A stretch of 64,000 nt of DNA, taken from positions 775,828 through 839,827 of the forward strand of contig CP064994.1 of assembly GCA_016699975.1 (NCBI GenBank). Reading direction: 5' to 3'. The notes under the pieces were generated by a model. That model saw only the letters and a list, made by a program, of their open reading frames with translations. It ran no database searches and was not told where the DNA came from. Made by a program: the position numbers and the translations under genes. Positions 31,900-40,904 of the stretch are shown here, in pieces. Origin of the DNA: Candidatus Moraniibacteriota bacterium (GTDB lineage Bacteria; Patescibacteriota; Minisyncoccia; Moranbacterales; UBA1568). Numbering within the stretch: position 1 is the stretch's first letter; each line of letters opens with the position of its first letter.

Positions 31900-33055
31900 G
31901 AAAACTGCGCCGCGCGCGCATGCCCCCGACGAACGAGCGTGTCCTGAAGCGTGTCGCTCAGAAGGAGGGAGCGGAGTGTCCGCGCCATATCATCAATATC
32001 ATCCGGATGACAGTAGAGCGCGGCGTCGCGCGCCACTTCGGGGAGGGACGACATTTTGGAAGTGAGTACCGGCGCCCCCATATTCATCGCCTCAAGAATC
32101 GGGAGGCCAAACCCTTCGTATCGCGACGGAAAGAAAAATAACTTCGCATTTCGGTAGAGCGCGGGCAGATCTTCTTGGGGCACAAAACCAAGAATGCGCA
32201 CAAACGGTGAGAGGTTGAGCTCGCGAACAAGTCGCTCCACGTCCGTCACAAGGGGTGCGAGGTGCGGAAGAAGCTTCCCCGAGAGAACGAGAGGCGGCAC
32301 GGGAGGCATTGTATGATCGGCCTTCCGGAAATCAAGAAGGCGTTTGTAGGCACGCAAGACCCTTCTGCATTCTTGCGCACTTCGAGCCCTCCTCCGAAGT
32401 AAAGAAAGCCGGGCGACAAATGATACCTTCTCAGAACCTGCGCCGATCGTTCGTCCGTCACCGGACGCTTGAAGATCGGGTTCACATCAATATGATTGAC
32501 AGAGATAATGCCAGCCTGAATTCTCAGGTGACGTATCAAATCCTTCTCCGTCCGCGACGACACCGTCACAAGACGATCGGCGCCGCGTATTCCTCGCTCA
32601 ATCGCTCTCCATACAAACCGCTTTCGGGCATTGTTTAGATATTCGGGAAATAATTTTGGAATAATGTCATGGACAAGCATCACATGGCGAATCGACGAGG
32701 GAAAGATACTCGAGGATTGATACAAACTCAAAAAGACATCGCATTCATCCCGCGAGGCTGCTTGCGGAAGCGAATACCGCTCCCACCAAAATTGCCGCAC
32801 GAGGTCGTCCCGCTTCCAGAGGGGGAGAAAATTTCTCTGAACAAAATGCGAAGGAAGAGAAATTGCGGGATCAAGAGGCTCTTCGGTATAGAGCACGTAT
32901 TCGACCCGATCGCTCTCTGGAATACTGCGCAAGAAGTGAAGAGTCACTTGCCCGATCCCGGTAAAGGGCTTCCGCAAAAAGGAAGCATTGATGCCGACAC
33001 GCATACGAAAAGCAAATAGCGACGGACTCTTGTTTGTCTGTACGTATTGTATCAC
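31842..33055 (-). CDS. glycosyltransferase family 4, interrupted by one apparent frameshift
   Basis: N-domain ORF 32246..33055 and C-domain ORF 31842..32357 (..[24 protein letters not shown]..) in different frames; break about 32340-32360. Confidence 0.75.
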
Positions 33056-33131
33056 GAAATTCCTTCTCCTCCCGCCCGAAGAAATCGCACTGAAGAAAGT
33101 GAAACATGAAAAGGAAGATCAAAAGAAAAAA

Positions 33132-33155
33132 ACCGCCCTTCAAAAATGAAGGGCG
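33132..33155 (-). terminator. strong intrinsic terminator downstream of the foreign-composition island
   Basis: ccgccctt-caaaaatg-aagggcgg hairpin with A8 before and T-run after (works on minus strand: hairpin then TTTTTTTCTTTT). Confidence 0.55.
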
Positions 33156-33431
33156 GGAATTTTCTGTTTTGGGTGCGGACAGACATCGTTGGCGCGACGT
33201 ATCCCGTTTCCACGAAGGAAACCAGGAAGAAACATCCGATGGTCGACGAGCGTTCGAGGAGAGAGTCCCGCTCCCAAAAGAGAGGCGGGATTGTTCCCTT
33301 CGTTCGCCTGAAGCGTTCGAGGGGAATTCGCTCGACCGAACCGTCGAACACTTTCCATCCGCACCCAAAACAAAAAACTCGGATAAAGCGGGGGGGTTTT
33401 CAACCATGAATACCCCTCCCCTTTGTAACCT

Positions 33432-34079
33432 TTAGGTAATCCTTGCCTCAAGCTCCTCTCCTACTTCCTGGTATTTCCACCCAGGAATGGTTTTTTCCTC
33501 CTCTTCTTGCTTTCTCCTATTTACTTCATCAGGGTGTTCCAGACCACATTCATACCACTCTGCGTCCGTGCGAAGTGAATCGTACATTACAACTTCAAGG
33601 GGTTCCATCCCCCTATACCTCATTGCCAATCCGGGAATTCCATGCCGAGCAGAGCTTATGTAGAGGACATCCATGTCCCTTTTATGAATCACTACTACAG
33701 CGTTGCCTGAGCAGGCAACGTAAGTCTCAGCCAACACTACCGGGTTTTTACCCCTAGTAATATAGGCCGTGTACCCAGCTCCAATGCTAAACTCCGCAGG
33801 GCGCGGCGGATTTCCTGCAAAGAAATTCGTTATTTTTTCCCCACAACTTACGAAGTGGGAAAAAAGGTCGGAGACGACCACGCTCAGCCACTGCTCTCGA
33901 ATAACTTTTTCTCCATCCCCATAGGAAAACTGCCTTGGTCCTTCCTGGGTAAGTCGAAATTCACCCAGGTTTTTTCCGTTACAAGAGTTACACGGGCGCC
34001 GGTAAAACTCATTACGCGTATCTTCTTCGGCGGCGACTGGATCTACGGAAATCGGGGAAAACTTTGCAATGTACTTCAC
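33432..34079 (-). CDS. hypothetical protein (215 aa) in CpG-depleted, AGG-codon-rich island; GTG start with GGAGGGGAG SD
   Basis: longest ORF in region, good RBS, codon usage unlike flanking genes. Confidence 0.5.
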   Translation of the reverse strand: MKYIAKFSPISVDPVAAEEDTRNEFYRRPCNSCNGKNLGEFRLTQEGPRQFSYGDGEKVIREQWLSVVVSDLFSHFVSCGEKITNFFAGNPPRPAEFSIGAGYTAYITRGKNPVVLAETYVACSGNAVVVIHKRDMDVLYISSARHGIPGLAMRYRGMEPLEVVMYDSLRTDAEWYECGLEHPDEVNRRKQEEEEKTIPGWKYQEVGEELEARIT

Positions 34080-34341
34080 TCTCTACTCCCCTCCACAATT
34101 GAACCCCGGAGGTAAGGGTGCTACCATAAGCCACTTGTGACTATTGAGTTTTCGCACCGATACTGCCGAGTGCGTTTCTGTTCGCGCTTTTCACGCGCAA
34201 CACGAATCAGAAATGCACCCGGCAATTCAAGCCGAAAACTCTTTACCAAATTTTCAAAGAACTTTTCTCCTCTGTGGAAACCGCTTACCAAAACGATCTC
34301 CATTGAGGAGGAATTGCGTAAAACCTTGCAATCCCTCTTTT

Positions 34342-34378
34342 GTTCCGCGCAGTACCACCTGCGCGGAACACCTTTTTT
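34342..34378 (+). terminator. plus-strand intrinsic terminator (11-bp perfect stem gttccgcgcag/ctgcgcggaac + TTTTTT) lying antisense between two minus-strand island genes
   Basis: seen directly; T-tract only on plus side. Confidence 0.55.
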
Positions 34379-34421
34379 GCTCACTCTCTCTTTCCCGCCG
34401 AGTGAGCCTGGCGGTTCATGA

Positions 34422-34877
34422 TCAGGCCACGAATTCTATTTCGAATGGCCCTGCCAACTGAAAGATCCTCCCTTCTAAAGAAGGGTGTTCCACACCCAGC
34501 AATTTGAAACTTCCTCCCAATAAGGAACATACTTCCCTGTTGTCCCTTCCTTGGAGGGTAAAGTCCCCATAGGGGACGAGGAATGCCCCATCCATGGGAA
34601 CCTCCTCGATGGGGAGCCCCTCGATGAGGGTGAAGTTGTCAATTTCACCCCAGTCAACCCGGACCACCCGGGCAGCGTGAGGCTCTAGCCTCACGAATGC
34701 TTCTTCCCTATAGCTCCGTAAGGAGGAGCTCAGGGAAAAAATTATTACAACATGCCACTCCGTGGCACATTCTTCATCCCTGACATGTTTCTTCAGGGCT
34801 CCCTCCTTGGGAGTCCTGGTTAACCTCCAGTCCTCGAAAGAGAACTGGAGATCTTGAACATATGAAAATATTGTCAT
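34422..34877 (-). CDS. hypothetical protein (about 150 aa) of foreign-composition island; AAGGAG SD before internal Met
   Basis: ORF 34422..34919; arginine encoded almost only by AGG, unlike host CGN usage. Confidence 0.45.
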   Translation of the reverse strand: MTIFSYVQDLQFSFEDWRLTRTPKEGALKKHVRDEECATEWHVVIIFSLSSSLRSYREEAFVRLEPHAARVVRVDWGEIDNFTLIEGLPIEEVPMDGAFLVPYGDFTLQGRDNREVCSLLGGSFKLLGVEHPSLEGRIFQLAGPFEIEFVA

Positions 34878-36072
34878 GTCTTTCTCCTTTTCAGAGAACC
34901 TCGTCCATTCCGCACCCATGACAGCGCAGCGAGGCGGCCGGAGGCCTTGGGAAAATGTGGGGCAGCGTTTTTGAGGCGCCTGTCGACAGCAATGGAAACT
35001 GCCGACCCCCGATTTGAAAAGATTGAAAAGAACTTTTGCCTCCGATTTCCGAAGACATTCCTCGCGACGAAAGCTGGTTAGACTTCATCGCGAGACGATG
35101 TCTTGAGAAAGACTCAAAGAATCGTTCGAATCGTGGCGTCTTTGGGAGAGAGGGGCCCTTCCGATTCTTCCGGAAAGACACCGTCATACTCCGTATCGAA
35201 CAGCTCTTCTTCCGCACCTTCTCCCCGAAGGGGAAGAGCGAGCTTTCGCCCGATTCATGGGGACGGGAGACGTGGGAATGAGCACTTTCTTTTTTTGCTC
35301 CATCCTCTCTCCTCGCAAGATCAAGAATGAATTCGAGCGCTCGTTCTCACACGATACTCCCAAAGAACTTGTCTTTTCGGGGCACTTCTCTTCGCCAGAC
35401 TTTTCGGCGTTTGTAGAGAAAAAAGCAGGACAACTTCTTTCCCAATATTCTTTCGAGAATCGCATCCAAAAAGACAAGTTCTTTTCGACTTCAAAGGTAC
35501 TCTCCCGTCGACATTGCGGCGAGAATGATGAGGGGCGAAATATATACCAGTCTCCTCCAAAAATGAGACGGTCCCTCCTCATCATTCTCACGACAAAATA
35601 CTTCTGAAAGAGCGGAGTCCTTTCTCTTCCATTCCTCACTCTTTCTTTGAGAGACGGGCAGATCAATCATGGACAGATCGTGGAGCGAAGCGCGCTCTTT
35701 ATTATTTTATTATTCCTCCCTGTAACAGGAAACAAAAACGGCGCCACTTTCCGAAACGATTCCCCATTCTCTGCAAAGAGGAGTCGTGGAAAAGGGCGCC
35801 GATCATACTCACAAAAAGAATATGAAGACACTGCCATATGCCATACTTTTCCTCTCTCCTCTTCCCAAGACCGATTGCCACATCGGATCCGGAACATTTC
35901 CTTCTCAATTTCTCAATGAGCTTTCAATCGTTAACGCTGGAGTATAGCATGGAGGAAGCCCTTTGTCAATATTTCTCAGGAAAACTCGCCAAAAATCCCC
36001 GAGAGAAAGCCTAATCTTTCATCTCCAAACAAGTAAATCCCACTCGTTGGAGTGGGTTTCAAAATGAATAAA

Positions 36073-36144
36073 TAGCCTCAACGGAAGTCGAACCCGTGTT
36101 ACCAAAATGAGAACCTGGTGTCCTGACCGCTAAACGATGAGACC
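36073..36144 (-). tRNA. tRNA-Glu(CUC)-like, with unusually many G-U pairs (possible pseudo-tRNA)
   Basis: GGTCTCATCGTTTAGCGGTCAGGACACCAGGTTCTCATTTTGGTAACACGGGTTCGACTTCCGTTGAGGCT: tRNA-Glu-like D and T arms, anticodon loop TTCTCAT; G53-U61, two GU in anticodon stem. Confidence 0.45.
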
Positions 36145-36167
36145 AGAAGTATCGAGCAATACTCTTT

Positions 36168-36238
36168 GCAGGAGCGGAAGGAATCGAACCCTCGCCGCCG
36201 GTTTTGGAGACCGGCATTCTACCATTAAACTACGCTCC
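36168..36238 (-). tRNA. tRNA-Trp(CCA)
   Basis: GGGAGCGTAGTTTAATGGTAGAATGCCGGTCTCCAAAACCGGCGGCGAGGGTTCGATTCCTTCCGCTCCTG; anticodon loop CTCCAAA. Confidence 0.85.
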
Positions 36239-36525
36239 CGAGCAGTTAACCAGCGCTTCTTTCGAGAATATGCGAAGAAAAATAAGGGGGTGTTTGAGCA
36301 AAAAGGGGAAAGGTTTAAGAGAGAATCGCGGCTCTCTGCCGATCTGACAGAGCATATTTCGAAGGTCGAACATCGAGTCATGCACGAGTCGCAAGAGGTA
36401 TGGAACGCGTGCCGCCTTCTGGGTGTGGCTCACAAGAAGCGATCTCCTCCAAGACACCCGAACATCTTCCTCGAGAACACGCAAAGATCGGCCACCCACA
36501 AACCGTGCAAAAGAACACTCGAAGA

Positions 36526-36687
36526 CTATTTCGACTCCGACTGAAGCGTGTGCTTCCGGCATGATTTACAATACTTTTTGAGTGACAACTTCTCCTTCAC
36601 CTTCTTCTTATTGCGCTTTGTATGTCCAACGATCGTCTTACAATCGCTACACCGGAGCTTCACGAGATTTTCCTTGATAATGCCCAT
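36526..36687 (-). CDS. rpmG: 50S ribosomal protein L33
   Basis: Hand-translated: MGIIKENLVKLRCSDCKTIVGHTKRNKKKVKEKLSLKKYCKSCRKHTLQSESK (C-x2-C...C-x2-C ribbon, KKYC..C.KHT signature). Confidence 0.85.
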   Translation of the reverse strand: MGIIKENLVKLRCSDCKTIVGHTKRNKKKVKEKLSLKKYCKSCRKHTLQSESK

Positions 36688-36859
36688 ACACCATGCTTAA
36701 AAATGATTTGCTCAAAACTCAATACCAAAATTGTTTTCCTAGACCACTCCCCTTCGACGCACCACACACAGAGAGGACACCCCCCTTTCGTTCTCTCGAG
36801 ACAACTGACGAAACGAAGAGAGATATTTTCGAAATACTGACTTCTCCGAATTCTCTCGG

Positions 36860-36932
36860 AGCCGTTGACCGGAATCGGACCGGTGACCTTCTCCTTACCA
36901 TGGAGATGCTCTACCAACTGAGCTACAACGGC
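36860..36932 (-). tRNA. tRNA-Thr(GGU)
   Basis: GCCGTTGTAGCTCAGTTGGTAGAGCATCTCCATGGTAAGGAGAAGGTCACCGGTCCGATTCCGGTCAACGGCT. Confidence 0.85.
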
Positions 36933-36941
36933 ACATATCCG

Positions 36942-37024
36942 TGGGCAGGGAGGGATTCGAACCCCCGTAGACCGAAGTCGCCTGATTTACAGTCAGGTGC
37001 GATTGACCACTCCGCCACCTACCC
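36942..37024 (-). tRNA. tRNA-Tyr(GUA) with long variable arm
   Basis: GGGTAGGTGGCGGAGTGGTCAATCGCACCTGACTGTAAATCAGGCGACTTCGGTCTACGGGGGTTCGAATCCCTCCCTGCCCA. Confidence 0.85.
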
Positions 37025-37048
37025 AAGGTTTTTCTCCAAACGAGAAAG

Positions 37049-37121
37049 AGCCACCCGTCGGATTCGAACCGACGACCCACAGTTTACAAAACTGTTGCTC
37101 TACCAACTGAGCTAGGGTGGC
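37049..37121 (-). tRNA. tRNA-Thr(UGU)
   Basis: GCCACCCTAGCTCAGTTGGTAGAGCAACAGTTTTGTAAACTGTGGGTCGTCGGTTCGAATCCGACGGGTGGCT. Confidence 0.85.
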
Positions 37122-37423
37122 GTTGGGAACAAAACCGATACGTCTCTTTCTTGTAATCGCCTTTCCTTCCTTTTTTGAGAGGATCTGCCGAAACACTTTC
37201 CCTTCTCATCTTTTCTTGTCTTGAGTGCGCCTCCTCCTGAGAAGACTCAACACCCTCCTCTTGTCGAAGCCTTTCTCAAAAAGCGCGCGCATTGTGGGAC
37301 AATGATACGAAAAGCGACTTCGAGAAACTTTTTCGCCTTCGAGTCGGAATCGCAGCTTTTCTTATTTTGTGAGAAGACGCGCCAACAAAATATCGCTCTC
37401 GAAAGAAAGCATTTCAAACTCTA

Positions 37424-38407
37424 TCACGCACTTCGCTCTTTTTCAAGGAGTCGTTCGAGCCGCCGAATTTTTATTTTTACCAACCGGTAGGCCGGGCTTA
37501 ATTTCAGAACCTGCCGATAGCATTCCTTCGCATCCGAGAGATTTCCTTGTTCGAGATAGTAATCTCCAAGTCGCTCGTATGCCTCAATATCCCGAGGATT
37601 CATGGAGATCCGCTCGACCAAAATGTCTTCGAGTTGCTCTTTCCTCGGCTGCTTGATTACAACATCTGTCCCCACAACTCCTCGGTATCGAGTGGAACGA
37701 AGCTTCCCTACTGCACCGCCCATTTTCCGCCCAATATCGGCAGCGCGTGTATACATCCCCTTCTTGGGAGCCGCCTCTCCAAACTCGGGAAGCGTCACTT
37801 TCACTTTCGTCTCGGAGCTTTCTCTCTCCTCCGAGGAAGGAAGAGGCGCACTTATCGGGAGTTTCGGAGAGCCACTTATGAGAGGAGCATCCTCCTTTCG
37901 AAACCAGCGGCGAAGGGACGAATCTCGGCTGGCATGGGTATTCTTGGACAAAACGTCTTCCGACATGTTCTGCGAGGAAGCGTCTTCCATGGTCATTGTT
38001 TCTGTTACTCTTTCAGGCTTCTCTTCTGAAAGCAGCTCCTTTCCTTCGAAAGAAATATGTTCCAGAGGAAGAGGGTCGGCAGACACAACTTGTTTCTCGA
38101 CACGGTATTTTTTTCGTTCAGAAAGACGCTCGGCAATGCGAAGTCGTCCTTCGCGAGCTCGAGAAGCAAGAGCGCTCAAATCATTATGAACGCGTAAAAA
38201 AAGAAACTTAAAGAATCGAGCAAGGCGCTCAATGAGCGACAAAGATATTCGTTTGACGCGATCTCCGATCGAAAAAAGCGTGGTAGAAGAAACCCCCGAC
38301 GAGACGCGGGCACGAGCCTCCACTTCGGGGAGACGCCGAAAAAAAAGGTAGAAGAGCGCCGCAAGCGCCAGGACGACCGCAATCGGCAGAAGAATGAGCG
38401 CCGTCAT
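37424..38407 (-). CDS. hypothetical membrane-anchored protein with C-terminal TPR-like helices
   Basis: 327-aa ORF; N-terminal TM (LILLPIAVVLALAALFYLFF), low-complexity middle, C-terminal ..AYERLGDYYLEQGNLSDAKECYRQVLKLSP.. Confidence 0.5.
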   Translation of the reverse strand: MTALILLPIAVVLALAALFYLFFRRLPEVEARARVSSGVSSTTLFSIGDRVKRISLSLIERLARFFKFLFLRVHNDLSALASRAREGRLRIAERLSERKKYRVEKQVVSADPLPLEHISFEGKELLSEEKPERVTETMTMEDASSQNMSEDVLSKNTHASRDSSLRRWFRKEDAPLISGSPKLPISAPLPSSEERESSETKVKVTLPEFGEAAPKKGMYTRAADIGRKMGGAVGKLRSTRYRGVVGTDVVIKQPRKEQLEDILVERISMNPRDIEAYERLGDYYLEQGNLSDAKECYRQVLKLSPAYRLVKIKIRRLERLLEKERSA

Positions 38408-38483
38408 AACACAATCCCGAAAAAATTCACACTCGTTTCAGAATACCAGGAAAGCGCCTCTTTCCGCAAAAACCGCCTCAACT

Positions 38484-39074
38484 CTAGAGTTCGAATCGAA
38501 CAAAGCCGCCCACTCGGATATTCTCCCCCATTTTGGCAACCGATTCCGCGATATGCTGGGCCACTGTTTTCGACGGATCCTTGACGAAGGCCTGTGTGAG
38601 CAGCGCCGATTCCTCACGAAATTTTTTCTCTTTTCCCGCGAGAATATTCGCATGAAGAGACACTGGCTTCTTCTCTTCGGCAAGGCGCTCTTCCCAGAGG
38701 CGCCTTTCAGACTGCACTTCTTCTTCCGGCACTTCTTCCGGAGAGACGACACGCGGAGAGAGGGCGGCGATATGCATCGCGAGATCTTTGCCAAGCGAAA
38801 CGAAATCATCATTCCTCGCCACAAAGTCTGTCTCGCAGAGAAGTTTGACAAGCACGCCAATCTTTCCGTTCGAATGAATATAGGAAGCAATCAGGCCTTC
38901 TTTTGCCTCTCGATCGGATTTCTTGAGCGCCTTTGCTTGCCCGCGCTTCTTGAGGATCTCGAGAGCGAGCGCCTCATCCTGAGACGATTCTTCTAGGGCT
39001 TTCTTGACATCGACGACTCCTGCGCCCGTCATTTCCCGAATTCGCTTCACTGTTTCAAGAGAAAAAGTTCCCAT
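38484..39074 (-). CDS. tsf: translation elongation factor Ts (short form)
   Basis: UBA-like N-terminus ..VKRIREMTGAGVVDVKKALEE.. and EF-Ts core. Confidence 0.9.
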   Translation of the reverse strand: MGTFSLETVKRIREMTGAGVVDVKKALEESSQDEALALEILKKRGQAKALKKSDREAKEGLIASYIHSNGKIGVLVKLLCETDFVARNDDFVSLGKDLAMHIAALSPRVVSPEEVPEEEVQSERRLWEERLAEEKKPVSLHANILAGKEKKFREESALLTQAFVKDPSKTVAQHIAESVAKMGENIRVGGFVRFEL

Positions 39075-39338
39075 AAAAATGCCGTTATCACTTATCGGTT
39101 TTCACGTTGGTCAATGATTGCCGAAAGATCAAGATCTCACAGAAATGTCAAGGAGACACCTCTCTTTATTAAGTTATTAAGAGATCCGCGTCGACACCCA
39201 AATAAACTCGGAAGAAAATTTGCCTCTCCTCGCTTTCGAAAATCGAAAAAGAAAAAATCAAAAAACTTTCATACATACATAAATGAAGAAAGACACTCCA
39301 ATACCGCGCTTCCCTTCACTCTCACGTGTCCCACTCTT

Positions 39339-40232
39339 TTATTTGGAAACGGCGGTATCGGAGGAAGAAACGGGAGCCGCTGAGTGAGGAGCCGACTCGA
39401 TCGCCTTCGCGAGCACACTCAGCAAAAAGCGAAGTGAAGAAATGGCATCGTCATTCCCCGGAATCGGGTAGTCGATCGCTGAGGGATCAGCATTCGTATC
39501 GACAATCCCAACGAGCGGAATTCCTGCTCGGCGCGCCTCACGAATGACAATCGCGCTCTCCTTGACGTCTGCGATCAAAACCGCACCCGGAAGTTCGGTC
39601 ATGTTCTTTATCCCGCCCATTCGCCGCTCCAATTTTTCGAGCTCCTCGGTGATTTTCATGCGCTCAAATTTCGTATACTTCTTGAACTCTCCGCGCTCCA
39701 ATTTCTCCGACGTTTCGCGCAGGTATTTGGTGCGCGTCTTCATGACTGAGAAATTCGTAAAGGTGCCCCCAAGCCAGCGGTCCACCACAAATGGAAGTTC
39801 CAGCCGCTTCGCGAATGAACGCACAAGGTCGTGTGTCTGCTTCTTGGTGCCGACACAGAGAATACGCTTGCCGCTTTTCTTCACGGAAGCAAGAAACGCT
39901 GCGGCTTCTTCGAGTTTCTCGGCCGTTTTTTTGAGATCGATGATACCAAGTCCATTTCGAGTCGTATAGGTAAACGGGGCCATTTTCGGGTGTCGACGAG
40001 AACTGGTATGTCCAAAATGAACTCCCGCTTTGAGAAGCGCTTCAAGAGAAACAGCAATCCCACTCAAATCTTTCCCCGCAAAAAAGTCGCTTTCGAGCGC
40101 CTTTTCCTCCACCCCTTTCAAGGATTCAGTCGTTTCGAGAGGAGGCGTCTTCTTTTCCGTCCCCTCTTCTTTTTTCTGGTGTTTCTCGGGATTTTCGTTC
40201 GTCTCTTCTTCCGTCATCGTTCTTTTCGTCAT
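39339..40232 (-). CDS. rpsB: 30S ribosomal protein S2 (with about 60-aa acidic N-terminal extension)
   Basis: ..LLKAGVHFGHTSSRRHPKMAPFTYTTRNGLGIIDLKKT.. S2 signature. Confidence 0.9.
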   Translation of the reverse strand: MTKRTMTEEETNENPEKHQKKEEGTEKKTPPLETTESLKGVEEKALESDFFAGKDLSGIAVSLEALLKAGVHFGHTSSRRHPKMAPFTYTTRNGLGIIDLKKTAEKLEEAAAFLASVKKSGKRILCVGTKKQTHDLVRSFAKRLELPFVVDRWLGGTFTNFSVMKTRTKYLRETSEKLERGEFKKYTKFERMKITEELEKLERRMGGIKNMTELPGAVLIADVKESAIVIREARRAGIPLVGIVDTNADPSAIDYPIPGNDDAISSLRFLLSVLAKAIESAPHSAAPVSSSDTAVSK

Positions 40233-40550
40233 AATTCACTCACTATTATAAATTTATCCTTATCTTCCCTTTTGTTTCTCCGCCGCAATCCCATGACCCC
40301 TCCCTCCATACGATGAACCTACGAAGGAAAGGAAAGGGATTCCGGCATTGACCCGAGCGTTCCGAAAAAAGATCCGAAACGAGGAAGGGTCAAGTGAAAT
40401 CACTGTTCAAAGAGAAACATGAATGATAAACCCCGACGTCCATCGGGGAAAATATACCACTCGGAGTCTACCGCTGAAGACCCCTCTTGTCAATTCTCCT
40501 CTCACATGCTAGTCTTTTCGAGAACTCAATCCCTTTCATTTTCTTGTCTT

Positions 40551-40853
40551 ATGAAGAGCGGTATTCATCCGTCCTATACGGAAAGAGCAACCATTACCTG
40601 CGGCTGCGGAGCCGTCATTACGACCGGTTCTACGAGAAGCGAGATGAATATCGACGTCTGCGCCAATTGCCATCCTTTCTATACCGGGAAAAAGAAGCGC
40701 ATTGATGCAACGGGCCGCGTCGATCGATTCGAAAAACTCTCGAAAAAATCGGAGGGTCTTCGTCCGACGACCCGATCGAAGCGCGAAAAACTCGCCGAGA
40801 AGTCGAAGAAAAAAGCCGAGAAAACCGCTACCCCTTCTTCGCTCAAAAAGTAG
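40551..40853 (+). CDS. rpmE: 50S ribosomal protein L31 (with lysine-rich C-terminal extension)
   Basis: [49 protein letters not shown].. L31 signature incl. CxxC..CxxC; ORF finder start 40419 is upstream of the conserved MKSGIHP start. Confidence 0.85.
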   Translation: MKSGIHPSYTERATITCGCGAVITTGSTRSEMNIDVCANCHPFYTGKKKRIDATGRVDRFEKLSKKSEGLRPTTRSKREKLAEKSKKKAEKTATPSSLKK

Positions 40854-40867
40854 CGATTCCTGGATGC

Positions 40868-40904
40868 AAAACGACGCCCGTGCTTTGTGCGCGACGTCGT
40901 TTTT
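40868..40904 (+). terminator. intrinsic terminator after rpmE
   Basis: aaaacgacg ... cgtcgtttt 9-bp stem followed by TTTTT. Confidence 0.5.

Noticed and set aside
33432-34079. Island protein A as a DarT-like ADP-ribosyltransferase or other known toxin
   Set aside because: It lacks the DarT N-terminal YHIT-type motif and any recognisable catalytic signature, and no cognate macro-domain partner is present. Left as hypothetical.
34920-36072. RNase P RNA or tmRNA in the ORF-free stretch
   Set aside because: Diagnostic stretches (GGAAAGTCCGGGC / GGTAAGAGCGCACC for RNase P; GGGG..TTCGAC 5' end and ANDENYALAA tag frame for tmRNA) could not be found by eye. Not claimed; needs a covariance-model scan.
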